Positions 30,656 to 40,463 of a stretch of 64,000 bases of DNA are shown here, one piece after another. Within the stretch, counting starts at the first letter, position 1, and each line of letters opens with the position of its first letter. This DNA is from a virus (taxonomy: Duplodnaviria; Caudoviricetes). The notes under the pieces are model-generated. The model did not search any database. It was given only the letters and a program-made list of their open reading frames with translations, and was not told where the DNA came from. Both the position numbers and the translations under genes were made by a program. Where the stretch lies: IMG/VR virus record IMGVR_UViG_3300017909_004705; one strand, written 5' to 3'.

Positions 30656-31790
30656 AGAGGACGATCGAGCAACCGCAGTTTTTGCCTTTGGCCGATTTAA
30701 TCCTCCTACAATAGGACACCAAAAATTATTAGAAAAAGTAATTGCAATGACCAAACAGGTCAACGGCAAGGGTTACATATTCCTTTCACAGAAACAAAAC
30801 AACAAAACGGATCCGTTGAATTTCAAAGAGAAGCAGGACTATCTTAAAATGTTTTATCCTCAACTAGCAATAGGTGATGCTGGAGTAAAAACAATCATAC
30901 AAGCACTGCAAAAAATACAGGCAGAAGGTAGGACAAGAATTGTCATGGTTGCGGGTTCAGACAGAGTTGAAGAATTTGCAAAACTATTGAACCAATACAA
31001 TGGTAAACCAGACAAAGCAGGTAATGATCTTTACAAGTTTGATTCCATAGATGTTGTCAGTGCTGGTGAAAGGGATCCGGATCAAGAGGGGGCTTCCGGA
31101 GCCTCGGCTTCCAAGGCAAGAGAACTGGCGGCCAAAGGTCAAGAGCATGAATTTTCCAAAATTATCATGGGTGGAGATACTGGTAAAAAGTTATATGATA
31201 TTATCCAGGACAGACTTGGTAAGCAGATTGACGAAAACAACAAGAAGTTGTATAATGAAAACATGGAAGACGCAAAACCAACTGTATATCTTGACATGGA
31301 CGGAGTCCTGGCAGACTTCTTTGGTGGGGTGGAAAAGATGTATGGTGTTGAACATTGGAAACAACTGACCAACGACAAGACAAAAGATCTCAAGAAAGAA
31401 GTCATTGACAGGATCACAGGCACTGACTTTTTTGCTACGTTGCCGAAATTTCCGTCCGCAGACGAATTGATCAACATGGTTAAAAAGTTCACAGGGGGAA
31501 AATTCAGCATAAACACATCGCCACTGCGAGGCGACCACGAGAATTCAGGCAAATACAAAAAAGTTTGGATATCAAACAACATCGAACAGCCTGACGAGAT
31601 AATAGTAACAGGAAGAAAAGAATCATATGCCAAAGACAAAGGCACTGGCACTCCTAACATATTGATAGACGACAGACCTATCAACATACAAAAGTGGCAA
31701 GCGGCAGGTGGATATGGCATTCTTTATCAAGCAAACAGAGATTCACTGGACAAAGTGAAGAAAGGACTAGAAGGATATGCCAAAGTTTAG
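30630..31790 (+). CDS. Fusion of a HIGH-type cytidylyl/nucleotidyltransferase and a HAD 5'(3')-deoxyribonucleotidase
   Basis: FGRFNPPTIGH and VAGSDR in domain 1; YLDMDGVLADF and LIDD in domain 2; MHLRELFLRE leader. Confidence 0.85.
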   Translation: MHLRELFLREDDRATAVFAFGRFNPPTIGHQKLLEKVIAMTKQVNGKGYIFLSQKQNNKTDPLNFKEKQDYLKMFYPQLAIGDAGVKTIIQALQKIQAEGRTRIVMVAGSDRVEEFAKLLNQYNGKPDKAGNDLYKFDSIDVVSAGERDPDQEGASGASASKARELAAKGQEHEFSKIIMGGDTGKKLYDIIQDRLGKQIDENNKKLYNENMEDAKPTVYLDMDGVLADFFGGVEKMYGVEHWKQLTNDKTKDLKKEVIDRITGTDFFATLPKFPSADELINMVKKFTGGKFSINTSPLRGDHENSGKYKKVWISNNIEQPDEIIVTGRKESYAKDKGTGTPNILIDDRPINIQKWQAAGGYGILYQANRDSLDKVKKGLEGYAKV

Positions 31791-31956
31791 CGGAATAAAC
31801 AGACCATACGCGGCAGGAGAAATTGAAAAAACTCCACAGGAAAAACAGAGAGAACTGGATGAGAAGATGAAAGCATTCTTGGCCAAGGGTGGTAAGGTAG
31901 AGAAAGTCAAAGCACACAAACCAACAAAGCAACAATTGAAAGATTGGACAATCTAG
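31777..31956 (+). CDS. Small protein (59 aa) with a SutA-like RNA-polymerase-binding motif, not in the ORF track
   Basis: AAGGA SD; translation MPKFSG...QRELDEKMKAFLAKGGKVEKV... Confidence 0.55.
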   Translation: MPKFSGINRPYAAGEIEKTPQEKQRELDEKMKAFLAKGGKVEKVKAHKPTKQQLKDWTI

Positions 31957-32162
31957 TGGACGAACTGGAAAGAATAAAGCAATTAGCAGGTGTGGGTAAG
32001 CACCAAGGGTCTTCTATGGGAGAAAACCTTTCTTATACAGGCACCGAAAAGTCCCAATATCAGAGAAAACACAACATTAAACCGGGTACAGACGAGTGGT
32101 TCCAGTTATGGTTCTCAAGACCAAAACTCACTGGTGAAAACCCAATGCCTAAAAACAAATAA
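31956..32162 (+). CDS. Small hypothetical protein with DELERIKQLAG motif
   Basis: GTG start overlapping the previous TAG; IKPGTDEWFQLWF module. Confidence 0.6.
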   Translation: MDELERIKQLAGVGKHQGSSMGENLSYTGTEKSQYQRKHNIKPGTDEWFQLWFSRPKLTGENPMPKNK

Positions 32163-32173
32163 ATACTCGCAAT

Positions 32174-32908
32174 ATGCGAGCCATTGAATTCACAGAAACA
32201 AAATGCCCTCGAACAAGAGCAAAAGAATGTTCTTGTAGCAAGGTAAAAAGCATCACAGAAGCGGAACAGACCACTGTGGCACAGTGTATGCTTGAGCATT
32301 CAGACACTGTGAAAGGCACTATACTGCTCATACAGGCCCCAGGAACACCAACTCTCATAAAAGGAACCATAACAGGATTAGAACCTGGCCTACACGGCTT
32401 CCACATACATGAGTTCGGTGACATGAGTGAAGGCTGTAAGTCAATGGGCGGACACTACAACCCAGATGGTGTTGACCATGGTGACATTGAAAAGGGACAT
32501 GTGGGTGATCTAGGAAACGTTTTAGCAGACGAATCCGGCGTAGCGAAATTTAGTATCACAGCGAAACGTGTTGATCTACTTGGTGAACGTTCTGTGATAG
32601 GAAGAGGTCTAGTAATACACGCTGACGAGGACGATCTTGGCAAAGGTGGAGATGCTGAAAGTCTTAAAACAGGCAACGCCGGTGATAGATTGGCCTGTGG
32701 TGTCATTGTTGCTAGGTCTGAAGAGATAGCAGAGGCGCATGGCGGTAAGCACACAACCAGTGGAAGAAGCATGACCAAGGGTGAAATGAATAAAAGAGAG
32801 AAGATTGTCAAAGGTATGAAAAAAGACAAGGCAGGTTTCAAAAAGAGATATGGCAAAGACGCAGAAGCGGTGATGTACGCCACAGCAACTAAACAGGCGA
32901 TGAAATAA
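32174..32908 (+). CDS. sodC: Cu/Zn superoxide dismutase with N-terminal leader and C-terminal basic module
   Basis: HGFHIHEFG, GGHYNP, HVGDLGN, VIHADEDDLG and GNAGDRLACGVI motifs. Confidence 0.93.
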   Translation: MRAIEFTETKCPRTRAKECSCSKVKSITEAEQTTVAQCMLEHSDTVKGTILLIQAPGTPTLIKGTITGLEPGLHGFHIHEFGDMSEGCKSMGGHYNPDGVDHGDIEKGHVGDLGNVLADESGVAKFSITAKRVDLLGERSVIGRGLVIHADEDDLGKGGDAESLKTGNAGDRLACGVIVARSEEIAEAHGGKHTTSGRSMTKGEMNKREKIVKGMKKDKAGFKKRYGKDAEAVMYATATKQAMK

Positions 32909-33816
32909 TGAAATTTTTAATTTTCAATGGCAGTTTAAAACCGGACGCAGAATCAAACACATTCGCTGTTTGCAAGATGGCACAACTGGCATTTGAAAAA
33001 TTGGGACACAGTTGTGAGATAGTAACTATGCGTGAACTGGACTATGAAGGTTCAACTGATGACGTTAACGATGATCTAAAACCTTACATCATGAAAATGT
33101 TTGACATGGACGGAGTTCTGTTCGCAACTCCAATCTGGTGGGGGACACACAGTTGCCACATACAGGCAATGCTGGAAAGATTAGACTTTATTTACAGTTG
33201 GGCCAAAGACAACAAGTATCAACCTTTTTACAACAAGGTTTTTGGAACATTGGTGTCAGGCGGGGGAGATGGATTCCAACACATACACGGAGTATTGTAT
33301 TCCGCGGCAAGTAACTTTGGTTTCACGGTGCCACCACAGTGCAACATAGAATCAAAAGCACAGGGCATAGAAGAAATTAAAGACGATGAAGACACTTTGA
33401 ACCAAGTTAAGAATTGCACAATCAACATGGTGACATGGGCAAGTATACTCAAAGCGGCACAACCCAGTAAAAATGCTAGACATGGATCTGTTGATATCAA
33501 CGAAAGCCTAAACGAAGGAAAAAGGATACCACGTAAAAAAGGACAGAAGAGAAAAAGCAAAAAACATAGTGACCTATACACCGATGAAGATCCAAAGGGC
33601 ACGATACATGGATTGGGTTTCAAGGATGAAGCCACAGCAAGATCAAGCGTGGCGAAGATAAGGAAGTCAGGAAGATCACACGCACACAAGATACAGGCGG
33701 CGGTGGCAATGGAGCAGAGAGCGAGAGCGGCAGGAAAGTCAGGACCAGCGGCGATATACAGGAAATACATCAACTCCATGAAGAAAAAAACTAAAGCCAA
33801 GAACAAGAAAAAATGA
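32908..33816 (+). CDS. NAD(P)H-dependent FMN reductase / multimeric flavodoxin-like domain fused to a basic C-terminal module
   Basis: FNGSLK...SNT, FATPIWWG, ERLD, SGGGDG; after SLNE comes a SDLYTDEDPKGTIHGLGF module. Confidence 0.8.
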   Translation: MKFLIFNGSLKPDAESNTFAVCKMAQLAFEKLGHSCEIVTMRELDYEGSTDDVNDDLKPYIMKMFDMDGVLFATPIWWGTHSCHIQAMLERLDFIYSWAKDNKYQPFYNKVFGTLVSGGGDGFQHIHGVLYSAASNFGFTVPPQCNIESKAQGIEEIKDDEDTLNQVKNCTINMVTWASILKAAQPSKNARHGSVDINESLNEGKRIPRKKGQKRKSKKHSDLYTDEDPKGTIHGLGFKDEATARSSVAKIRKSGRSHAHKIQAAVAMEQRARAAGKSGPAAIYRKYINSMKKKTKAKNKKK

Positions 33817-34052
33817 AAATAAGAGAAATACTTGCCACAAAGTACGTACATCCTGATGTTGACAAAATACTTAAAAAATATGAAAAGAGAGCAAAGGGTA
33901 GAGCAAGAATGGGATATCATTCGATGATGGCATATCCTTACAGGGTAGAAGGTAAAAAATGGAGCAGGAAGTATAAAAAATCAATCAATTGTGCAAATCC
34001 AAAAGGCTTCTCACAAAAGGCCCACTGTGCAGGTAGGAAGAAAAAGAAATGA
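33813..34052 (+). CDS. Basic hypothetical protein, MKIREI leader, Cys/His module
   Basis: KWSRKYKKSINCANPKGFSQKAHC module. Confidence 0.65.
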   Translation: MKIREILATKYVHPDVDKILKKYEKRAKGRARMGYHSMMAYPYRVEGKKWSRKYKKSINCANPKGFSQKAHCAGRKKKK

Positions 34053-34744
34053 AGATAAAAGAATTTATCATAATGCCTCACACAGCTGACAAAATGGGTT
34101 TAATACACAAACCAGGTGTTGGTCCAAATAACAGATTTGGTTTCAAAAACGTTGGCAATAATAAAGCAAATGAATTAGAAGAAACCAAAGAGGCGCCACC
34201 CGGCACTTATTTTACAAAGACAGGAAACCTCGTTAAAGGCCGTCTTACCAAGGCCGCTAAGGAGAAAGGAGCCAGAGAAACTGATCCAAAGGATAAACAA
34301 AGGTCAAAGGTACCGCCAGTCACGCAGAGAAATGAAGCAAGAGGATCATGTTGGCATGGATACCAACAAAAAGGATACAAGAAAAAAGGCAACAGGATGG
34401 TTCCTAACTGTGTCAAAGAAGAAGCCGCGGGAGTTGGCATAGTTACCAAACAGAACGCTACCAAGGATGTACCAGTCGGTGGCGAATACATGAACGTCAA
34501 GAAGCTAGGTTTAGGAAAAGGCAAGCCAAAAACAATGCGAGAAGAATGGGAAGAGTTCAAGGAAAATTTCGCAGATAAGAAAGTAAAAGGAAAAAGTAGA
34601 CCAGGCCGTGTAAAACGTGCTGGTGCAAGTTGTAAAGGCTCAGTCACATCATTGAGAGCAAAGGCCAAGAAGTACGGTGGCGAGAAAGGCAAAATGTACC
34701 ACTGGTGTGCCAACATGAAGTCAGGACGCAAAAAGAAGAAATAA
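34049..34744 (+). CDS. Multi-module basic protein, MKIKEF leader
   Basis: Modules separated by Glu, including CWHGYQQKG...VPNCVK. Confidence 0.7.
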   Translation: MKIKEFIIMPHTADKMGLIHKPGVGPNNRFGFKNVGNNKANELEETKEAPPGTYFTKTGNLVKGRLTKAAKEKGARETDPKDKQRSKVPPVTQRNEARGSCWHGYQQKGYKKKGNRMVPNCVKEEAAGVGIVTKQNATKDVPVGGEYMNVKKLGLGKGKPKTMREEWEEFKENFADKKVKGKSRPGRVKRAGASCKGSVTSLRAKAKKYGGEKGKMYHWCANMKSGRKKKK

Positions 34745-34754
34745 TTACTTCTAT

Positions 34755-35621
34755 ATGAAGTACTTGTTAGGCATAGGATTTGCAGTCACACAGAAATATA
34801 AAAAAGATCCCATAGTAAGAGTAAGCATAGACAACAGGTTCGTAGACGAATTCACTGTCAGTGATTACCCTTATCATGATAAAGAGTGGATGCAGGATCT
34901 CGATCCATGGGTCTACAAGGCACCATTCACAGACTGGATGAATCATGCAAAACCATGGGAAAAAATATCTATAAAAATGTGGGGCACTTTTCCAAAAAAA
35001 TTTAACTTGTATGTCATCGATGAAGCACACTTAAAACATAAAAAACAACTTGTAATCGATATAGCGAATTCTGACAGCAATTACACCAACGGATTCATGA
35101 CAAAATCAACCCTTCTAGATTTCAGGGCGTTTTTGCTTCCTTTAAAATATCTTAAATTTTTTTACCATGATGGTTATAAAATAAGGAAAGATTTCAATGA
35201 AGATATTATTGATGATGCATTTGACAGTGAAAGATATTTTGATCCAGAGGGTATAGAGGATAACAATTTCAAGATAGCCAATGAAAAAAGATATTATATG
35301 GTACAAGGTGTTGTTAGCAACGGTGCCTTGGGTAAAAATATTTTAGTTAAGAAAATCGAAGGTTATCCATTTGCACATGATATTTTTTGGAACGGGAAAC
35401 CGCTTGACACTTGGGAGTTTGGTGGCAGTGGGAAGTTAACCATGAATTTGGTAACAAAAACATCAGGCACGGTGTTGTTTGATCCAAAAGATGCGGAAAT
35501 TTTAAAAATGCAGAATGAGAAAATAGTGGCACAAAGACCTGGTTTCTACATATCCCAGAAATTCTTTAGCATGGTTCACCAGAATATGTTCGATAAATAC
35601 CTTTACAATGAAAATCTTTGA
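34755..35621 (+). CDS. Hypothetical protein (AT-rich)
   Basis: 288-aa ORF; ATAATTA promoter variant upstream. Confidence 0.6.
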   Translation: MKYLLGIGFAVTQKYKKDPIVRVSIDNRFVDEFTVSDYPYHDKEWMQDLDPWVYKAPFTDWMNHAKPWEKISIKMWGTFPKKFNLYVIDEAHLKHKKQLVIDIANSDSNYTNGFMTKSTLLDFRAFLLPLKYLKFFYHDGYKIRKDFNEDIIDDAFDSERYFDPEGIEDNNFKIANEKRYYMVQGVVSNGALGKNILVKKIEGYPFAHDIFWNGKPLDTWEFGGSGKLTMNLVTKTSGTVLFDPKDAEILKMQNEKIVAQRPGFYISQKFFSMVHQNMFDKYLYNENL

Positions 35622-35880
35622 GATCATATCACGCCAGATCAAAGAGCAGGCCACTGCTGGTGCCACAAGTGCAGGCAACATAGCCACAGTTACCTCGCCA
35701 CATATCGCGATAGGCAAAGATAGATTCTCCAAAGCCTACTCAGGTTCACCTGGGAAGTCAGGAACCAGGGCTCCGAGATTACCAAAAATAGTGCAACCAA
35801 AAAATCCAGATGGAACTGCCAAAGGTGCACACAACCTACCCGGCGTAAATCTCATGGGTGGTCCACTGGTCAAGAGATAA
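35608..35880 (+). CDS. Hypothetical protein, MKIFEII leader
   Basis: TAAATA upstream; IKE/QATAGATSAGNIA. Confidence 0.65.
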   Translation: MKIFEIISRQIKEQATAGATSAGNIATVTSPHIAIGKDRFSKAYSGSPGKSGTRAPRLPKIVQPKNPDGTAKGAHNLPGVNLMGGPLVKR

Positions 35881-36041
35881 TGGATACACTAGTACTTAAA
35901 AAAGAATGGATAGTCAAATGCCTCAACTGTGGCAATGACGCACATGAAGGCATTTTATATAGGACAGAAAAGGATTTTGACGGCAGAGAGTACAAAATAG
36001 AGGTGTGCAGGCAGTCAAGGCACGAAGGCGAAACAGTATAA
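35880..36041 (+). CDS. Small putative Zn-binding protein (53 aa), not in the ORF track
   Basis: TAATG coupling; CLNCGNDAH...C. Confidence 0.5.
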   Translation: MDTLVLKKEWIVKCLNCGNDAHEGILYRTEKDFDGREYKIEVCRQSRHEGETV

Positions 36042-36049
36042 ATATTGAT

Positions 36050-36472
36050 ATGAAGATACAGGAAATCACAGAAGGCGCTGAAATGATAGCGTACCACAAA
36101 CATCCAACACAGCAGAATCTATGGACCTTCCCAGACGCATACAAAGACGACGAGGAAGTTGAGAGCCCATACATGAGCAACGCAAGTATGAGACAGTTCC
36201 TTGACGCACTTGGATATGACAGTGATTTCGAAGACATGAGTCCAGTGCCAGCAAAAGAATTCATAGCGAGAACCACACAATGGTTGCAGAAGAACATTGG
36301 CAAACCATCGCCAGAAGAACCAGCAACAGTTGATAAATCAGGTGGTGGAGCGACAATGATAGGTGGTGGCAGACCCGAAGGTTACATGAACCAGATGGTT
36401 AAAGCACACAACGAGATAGCGAGAAAAGTTTTAGCAAAATATCCTGAAGTAACACACTTTGGATTCAATTAA
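36050..36472 (+). CDS. Hypothetical protein, MKIQEITE leader
   Basis: Start re-assigned to ATG 36050, 5 nt after TAAATA. Confidence 0.65.
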   Translation: MKIQEITEGAEMIAYHKHPTQQNLWTFPDAYKDDEEVESPYMSNASMRQFLDALGYDSDFEDMSPVPAKEFIARTTQWLQKNIGKPSPEEPATVDKSGGGATMIGGGRPEGYMNQMVKAHNEIARKVLAKYPEVTHFGFN

Positions 36473-36473
36473 T

Positions 36474-37937
36474 ATGAAGATAAAAGAATTTCAACACCAA
36501 CCAGTCAAGCCTGACACATACGAGGCTTCAATGGCCCTTAACCAGTTGATGAGGATTGGCAAACACGCTATCAAACTGCACAACATGATCGACGATGCCA
36601 CAGAGATGGAGTCATGGGTCGCCAAGAAGATCGACCTGGCAGGTGACTACGTGAAGAAAGTGTACAACTACACAGAAGGCGAGAAGGCCGGCCTATACGA
36701 TGACGGTGGCATGACGGAAATTAAAAAAATGCCAAAAGGCACAGGAACCATGTATGGGGAAGACGCAGGCGACATTGGAAATGAAATTGCGAAAATGTAT
36801 GACACCGCATACGAATACATCAACGACAGCAGTGACAACCCGAGCGACATCGAATCAGACTACAAGTTTGGTTACAACGACGATGACAGCATGGAGGCAG
36901 AAGACCTAGCGGCGGCATTCAGAAAAGATTTAAAAACTGGAATGGCCTTGCAAAAGCAATTACAAGCACAGAGAGAAAAAGAAGGACGTGAGGGCGACTG
37001 GGATCCATTCAATCCTGAGTCAATGTATCATAATGAATTGAAAGCATTGATGTCAAAGGCCAAAGGTGAATCAGTTTCAGAAGACGCAGGCGAGGGACAC
37101 ATGAGCAAAAGCACACTGTATCACACTGCCAAGTATGCGATTGCATTGATGGACATGATCAAACCAGGTGATGACCTAGAGGGTTGGGTGCAGAGCAAAC
37201 TGAACAAGGCCGCGGACTACCTACAGGGTGTGTACAACTACGAGGAGTACCAAAAGTTAAATCCATACAGAGAAGAACTTGATGCGTCTCTGATGCAGAA
37301 ACACGCACAGGTGGTGCAGAAAAACATAGACGAGATTCTAGCAAAGGAAACAAAACTAGACGACATCGACACCAAACCAGGCATGATGAGGATACTGGCC
37401 AAGAGAGTCAACGAAGTTGAAAAAGAGATTGCCAAGGAAACAAGGAAAAAGACAGACGAAAGCGGTATATTATATAGAGCAGGCGTAAAGAAATACGGCA
37501 AGGCGGGCATGAAGGCCATACAGAGTGCGGCAGGTAAAGGTGCCTCACACCAAGAGATCGGAAAAATAAAAGACAAGCATCTAAAAGATGCTGAGGATCT
37601 AGAAGAAGGATTAAAAGATTGGGCTAGGAATCTAGCGGCGGCTGGTGTGATTGTTGGGGCAGTTGCAGGCTTGGGCTCAATACAGAATGCCATTGACAAC
37701 ACTGTACCTGCTGTCAAAGCCATGAACACAGCCTACGAAATGGCCATAGATGCTGGCAATGATGAATTGGCCAAAAACATAAAAAATGACATATCCGCAG
37801 TCAAGGTAAGGTTAGATAGTGGTAAAGACTTAAATTTTGTCAAGGCGATGCAGGAAAAATATGCCAAATTTATACAGACCGAAGGATTGGCATACGAATC
37901 AAGACTTCAAGTGCAACTAAATCAACAACTTAAATAA
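36474..37937 (+). CDS. Multi-module protein, MKIKEF leader, with two copies of a ~50-aa helical repeat
   Basis: E.WV..K...A.DY...VYNY repeat twice; modules after TDE/S and LEE/G. Confidence 0.7.
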   Translation: MKIKEFQHQPVKPDTYEASMALNQLMRIGKHAIKLHNMIDDATEMESWVAKKIDLAGDYVKKVYNYTEGEKAGLYDDGGMTEIKKMPKGTGTMYGEDAGDIGNEIAKMYDTAYEYINDSSDNPSDIESDYKFGYNDDDSMEAEDLAAAFRKDLKTGMALQKQLQAQREKEGREGDWDPFNPESMYHNELKALMSKAKGESVSEDAGEGHMSKSTLYHTAKYAIALMDMIKPGDDLEGWVQSKLNKAADYLQGVYNYEEYQKLNPYREELDASLMQKHAQVVQKNIDEILAKETKLDDIDTKPGMMRILAKRVNEVEKEIAKETRKKTDESGILYRAGVKKYGKAGMKAIQSAAGKGASHQEIGKIKDKHLKDAEDLEEGLKDWARNLAAAGVIVGAVAGLGSIQNAIDNTVPAVKAMNTAYEMAIDAGNDELAKNIKNDISAVKVRLDSGKDLNFVKAMQEKYAKFIQTEGLAYESRLQVQLNQQLK

Positions 37938-37962
37938 AACTAGAACAAATATAAATACTCAT

Positions 37963-38835
37963 ATGGCACAAAAAAAATCAGCAGATTCAAGTTTCAGAGA
38001 CCTAGTAGCTCGTTTGAATGCTATGAACAATGTTACTCCTGAAGAAGAAAGAGCACAACTTATGGAAGCGGCGGGCAAAGCACCAAAAGTGTTAGATGAC
38101 AAAGATATTTCATTGGCTGACATCGCAAAACTGGCAGGAATAAAAGAATACGTTGAGCCTGTAAAAGTATCGGCAAAAGCAGAAAAATTAGTTGAGTCGA
38201 TCACGGAAGAGCCAAAATCAGAATCAGTCATAACAAAAGCAATCAAAGAGTCCGACGCTGATGATTCGATTGCAACCACAATCAAAAAAGAAGTAAACGA
38301 AGAAGTAAACAGACTCGAAAAAATCGCTGAACTAGAAGCACAGTTGGCGGAACTTAAAACTGAGCAAAAAGAAGAACAGACTTATGACTCAAAATCATTC
38401 AGAGAAGTTATCACAAAAGATATCGCAGAGTATGTCAAAAACGCGGAAGATACTCAACTTGTGGAACTTTACAACACAATATCGGACAATGAAGCAGTTT
38501 ACAATGAAGAATCATCAAGCATTCTTATCAAGACTCCAGAAACTACTGAGATCATAGCAGACGCTGAAAAGGCCGAAGCACCAGCAGAAGAAGAACAAGT
38601 TGACGAAAAAGTAGTGGACGGTGTGCAAACTGATAGAAACACATCTGAGCCACACTCGAAAGAAAAAGAAGACGAAAAGGAAGCAGAGGACAAGTCCGAC
38701 GAGAAGGATGACGCCGGTGAAGTTCCAATGCTTGACAAAGAATTCGACGATGACGATGAGATGGGCGAAGATGTTGAATTGGAAGCGCCAGCCGAAGACA
38801 AGTTCACAAACGATTTAGATCCAACAGAAAAATAA
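37963..38835 (+). CDS. Acidic coiled-coil protein, prohead core/scaffold-like
   Basis: Very Glu-rich; IAKLAGIKE motif; TATAAATA promoter. Confidence 0.55.
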   Translation: MAQKKSADSSFRDLVARLNAMNNVTPEEERAQLMEAAGKAPKVLDDKDISLADIAKLAGIKEYVEPVKVSAKAEKLVESITEEPKSESVITKAIKESDADDSIATTIKKEVNEEVNRLEKIAELEAQLAELKTEQKEEQTYDSKSFREVITKDIAEYVKNAEDTQLVELYNTISDNEAVYNEESSSILIKTPETTEIIADAEKAEAPAEEEQVDEKVVDGVQTDRNTSEPHSKEKEDEKEAEDKSDEKDDAGEVPMLDKEFDDDDEMGEDVELEAPAEDKFTNDLDPTEK

Positions 38836-38859
38836 TACTAGCAGATAACTACAGTTACT

Positions 38860-38979
38860 ATGTTGACATGGTTCCTATTAGGTATTTTGATTGGTGTTTT
38901 TATAAGATGCTTATCTCAGCCTTACAAATCTGAAGAGGATAAATTCAAAGATCCTTGGAACTGGACAACTTTCGGGTAA
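38860..38979 (+). CDS. Small membrane peptide (39 aa), not in the ORF track
   Basis: MLTWFLLGILIGVFIR...; GATAACTA upstream. Confidence 0.4.
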   Translation: MLTWFLLGILIGVFIRCLSQPYKSEEDKFKDPWNWTTFG

Positions 38980-38993
38980 TAGTAAATAAGTGT

Positions 38994-39635
38994 ATGCAGT
39001 TGCACTTGACAGATAACAAATTTGACACAAATCCGCATTGGCATGAACGTATAAAAAGCATATTCGCATGTCCACCCAAAGAAGTGGTAGAGATGTTTGA
39101 CCAGAATGGATATGATCTAACAAAACTAGAACAACTGTACGCGGTGGCCAATGGTGCAACCGTCACCAAACACAGGAACTCCGAACACATCACACTGCGT
39201 CAGCCATGGTTCACTGATGACTCACCAGACTCAGGCCCACACATCAACCATGCCTACATGTTTGAGAGAAAAGGCTACACCGGTGACGCACTACAACAAC
39301 TGTCCACGTGGGCAGGCTACAGGCCACACTTCCAGAAACTGATAGCCATGCGACCAAAATGGGGACTGGATTTCTCAATAGACTACTGTGACAGGGACGG
39401 CAACGTGTTCGAACTGCTACACTGGGAATATGATGGATTCGAATATCAAGAGATAGCAGACAAAAAGGAGAAGATGGAAGGATTCTTGTTGAATCAAGAC
39501 TGGGACGAACGGGCAAAGACCATGCTGGAACGCAAGGATGAATGGCATAAACTGGGCTTTTTTGAACAGAGCGAATGGAAAACTAGGTTCTTTGGCATAG
39601 ATAAAGAACGTTTCAAGATGGTGTTGTGGAAATAA
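38994..39635 (+). CDS. Hypothetical protein
   Basis: ATG 5 nt after TAAATA; globular composition. Confidence 0.65.
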   Translation: MQLHLTDNKFDTNPHWHERIKSIFACPPKEVVEMFDQNGYDLTKLEQLYAVANGATVTKHRNSEHITLRQPWFTDDSPDSGPHINHAYMFERKGYTGDALQQLSTWAGYRPHFQKLIAMRPKWGLDFSIDYCDRDGNVFELLHWEYDGFEYQEIADKKEKMEGFLLNQDWDERAKTMLERKDEWHKLGFFEQSEWKTRFFGIDKERFKMVLWK

Positions 39636-39644
39636 ATACTGCAA

Positions 39645-40463
39645 ATGAGCTCGATACCCTACAACTACGGAAAATACATAGATGACAAAGTCAGCATGAC
39701 TGACCAAGGTCATGTTGACTCAGCCAAACAGATACAGTCGCCGGCAAGTGCAGGTAGCAGGGGACTAGCAAAGACAACACAATTCACAAACGACCGGACA
39801 CAGATGCAGATGGGCAATTCAACGATAGCAGAATCAATGGTAGAAATAAGAAACATACTAAACAGGATCGACGGTGTAAACGCACCGGTGCAGGAAAAAG
39901 AATTCAACCCCAACGATGAACGTGATGAAGCACCAAGAGAAGGTGATGTGGTCAATCACAAAGACCTAGGCAAAGTATCAGTGATGAAAGTCACAGGTTC
40001 AGATCAGATGGGACAGCCAGCAGAATACATAGTGCAGGCAAAATTATCATACGATGAACTAATGGGTGACGTTGAACTTGGAAAATTTGAATCCTATGAA
40101 CCATTCCCAGAAGCAGACGAATTCGACATAGAAGAAGATGAAGATTTTGAAGAAGTGTTGGGTCCATTAGGTTTCCCAGAAGACGAGACAGTATTATTTG
40201 ATGCAGAATACAGGGGCAGGAAAGTCCCACTTAACAAACCAATGCGTGGTGATGTAAAGAAATTTAAAGTTTATGTTAAAGATCCAAAAACTGGCAACGT
40301 TAAAAAAGTCAACTTTGGACACGGTGGTACAAGTGCAAAAAGAAAGACTATGAGAATTAGAAAATCTAATCCTAAGGCAAGAAAGAGTTTTAGAGCACGT
40401 CATAATTGTGCAAATCCAGGACCAAAGACAAAAGCAAGATATTGGAGTTGTAGGAAATGGTAA
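39645..40463 (+). CDS. Multi-module protein with C-terminal basic Cys/His domain
   Basis: Acidic linker, then AEYRGRKV...RKSFRARHNC...ARYWSC module. Confidence 0.7.
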   Translation: MSSIPYNYGKYIDDKVSMTDQGHVDSAKQIQSPASAGSRGLAKTTQFTNDRTQMQMGNSTIAESMVEIRNILNRIDGVNAPVQEKEFNPNDERDEAPREGDVVNHKDLGKVSVMKVTGSDQMGQPAEYIVQAKLSYDELMGDVELGKFESYEPFPEADEFDIEEDEDFEEVLGPLGFPEDETVLFDAEYRGRKVPLNKPMRGDVKKFKVYVKDPKTGNVKKVNFGHGGTSAKRKTMRIRKSNPKARKSFRARHNCANPGPKTKARYWSCRKW

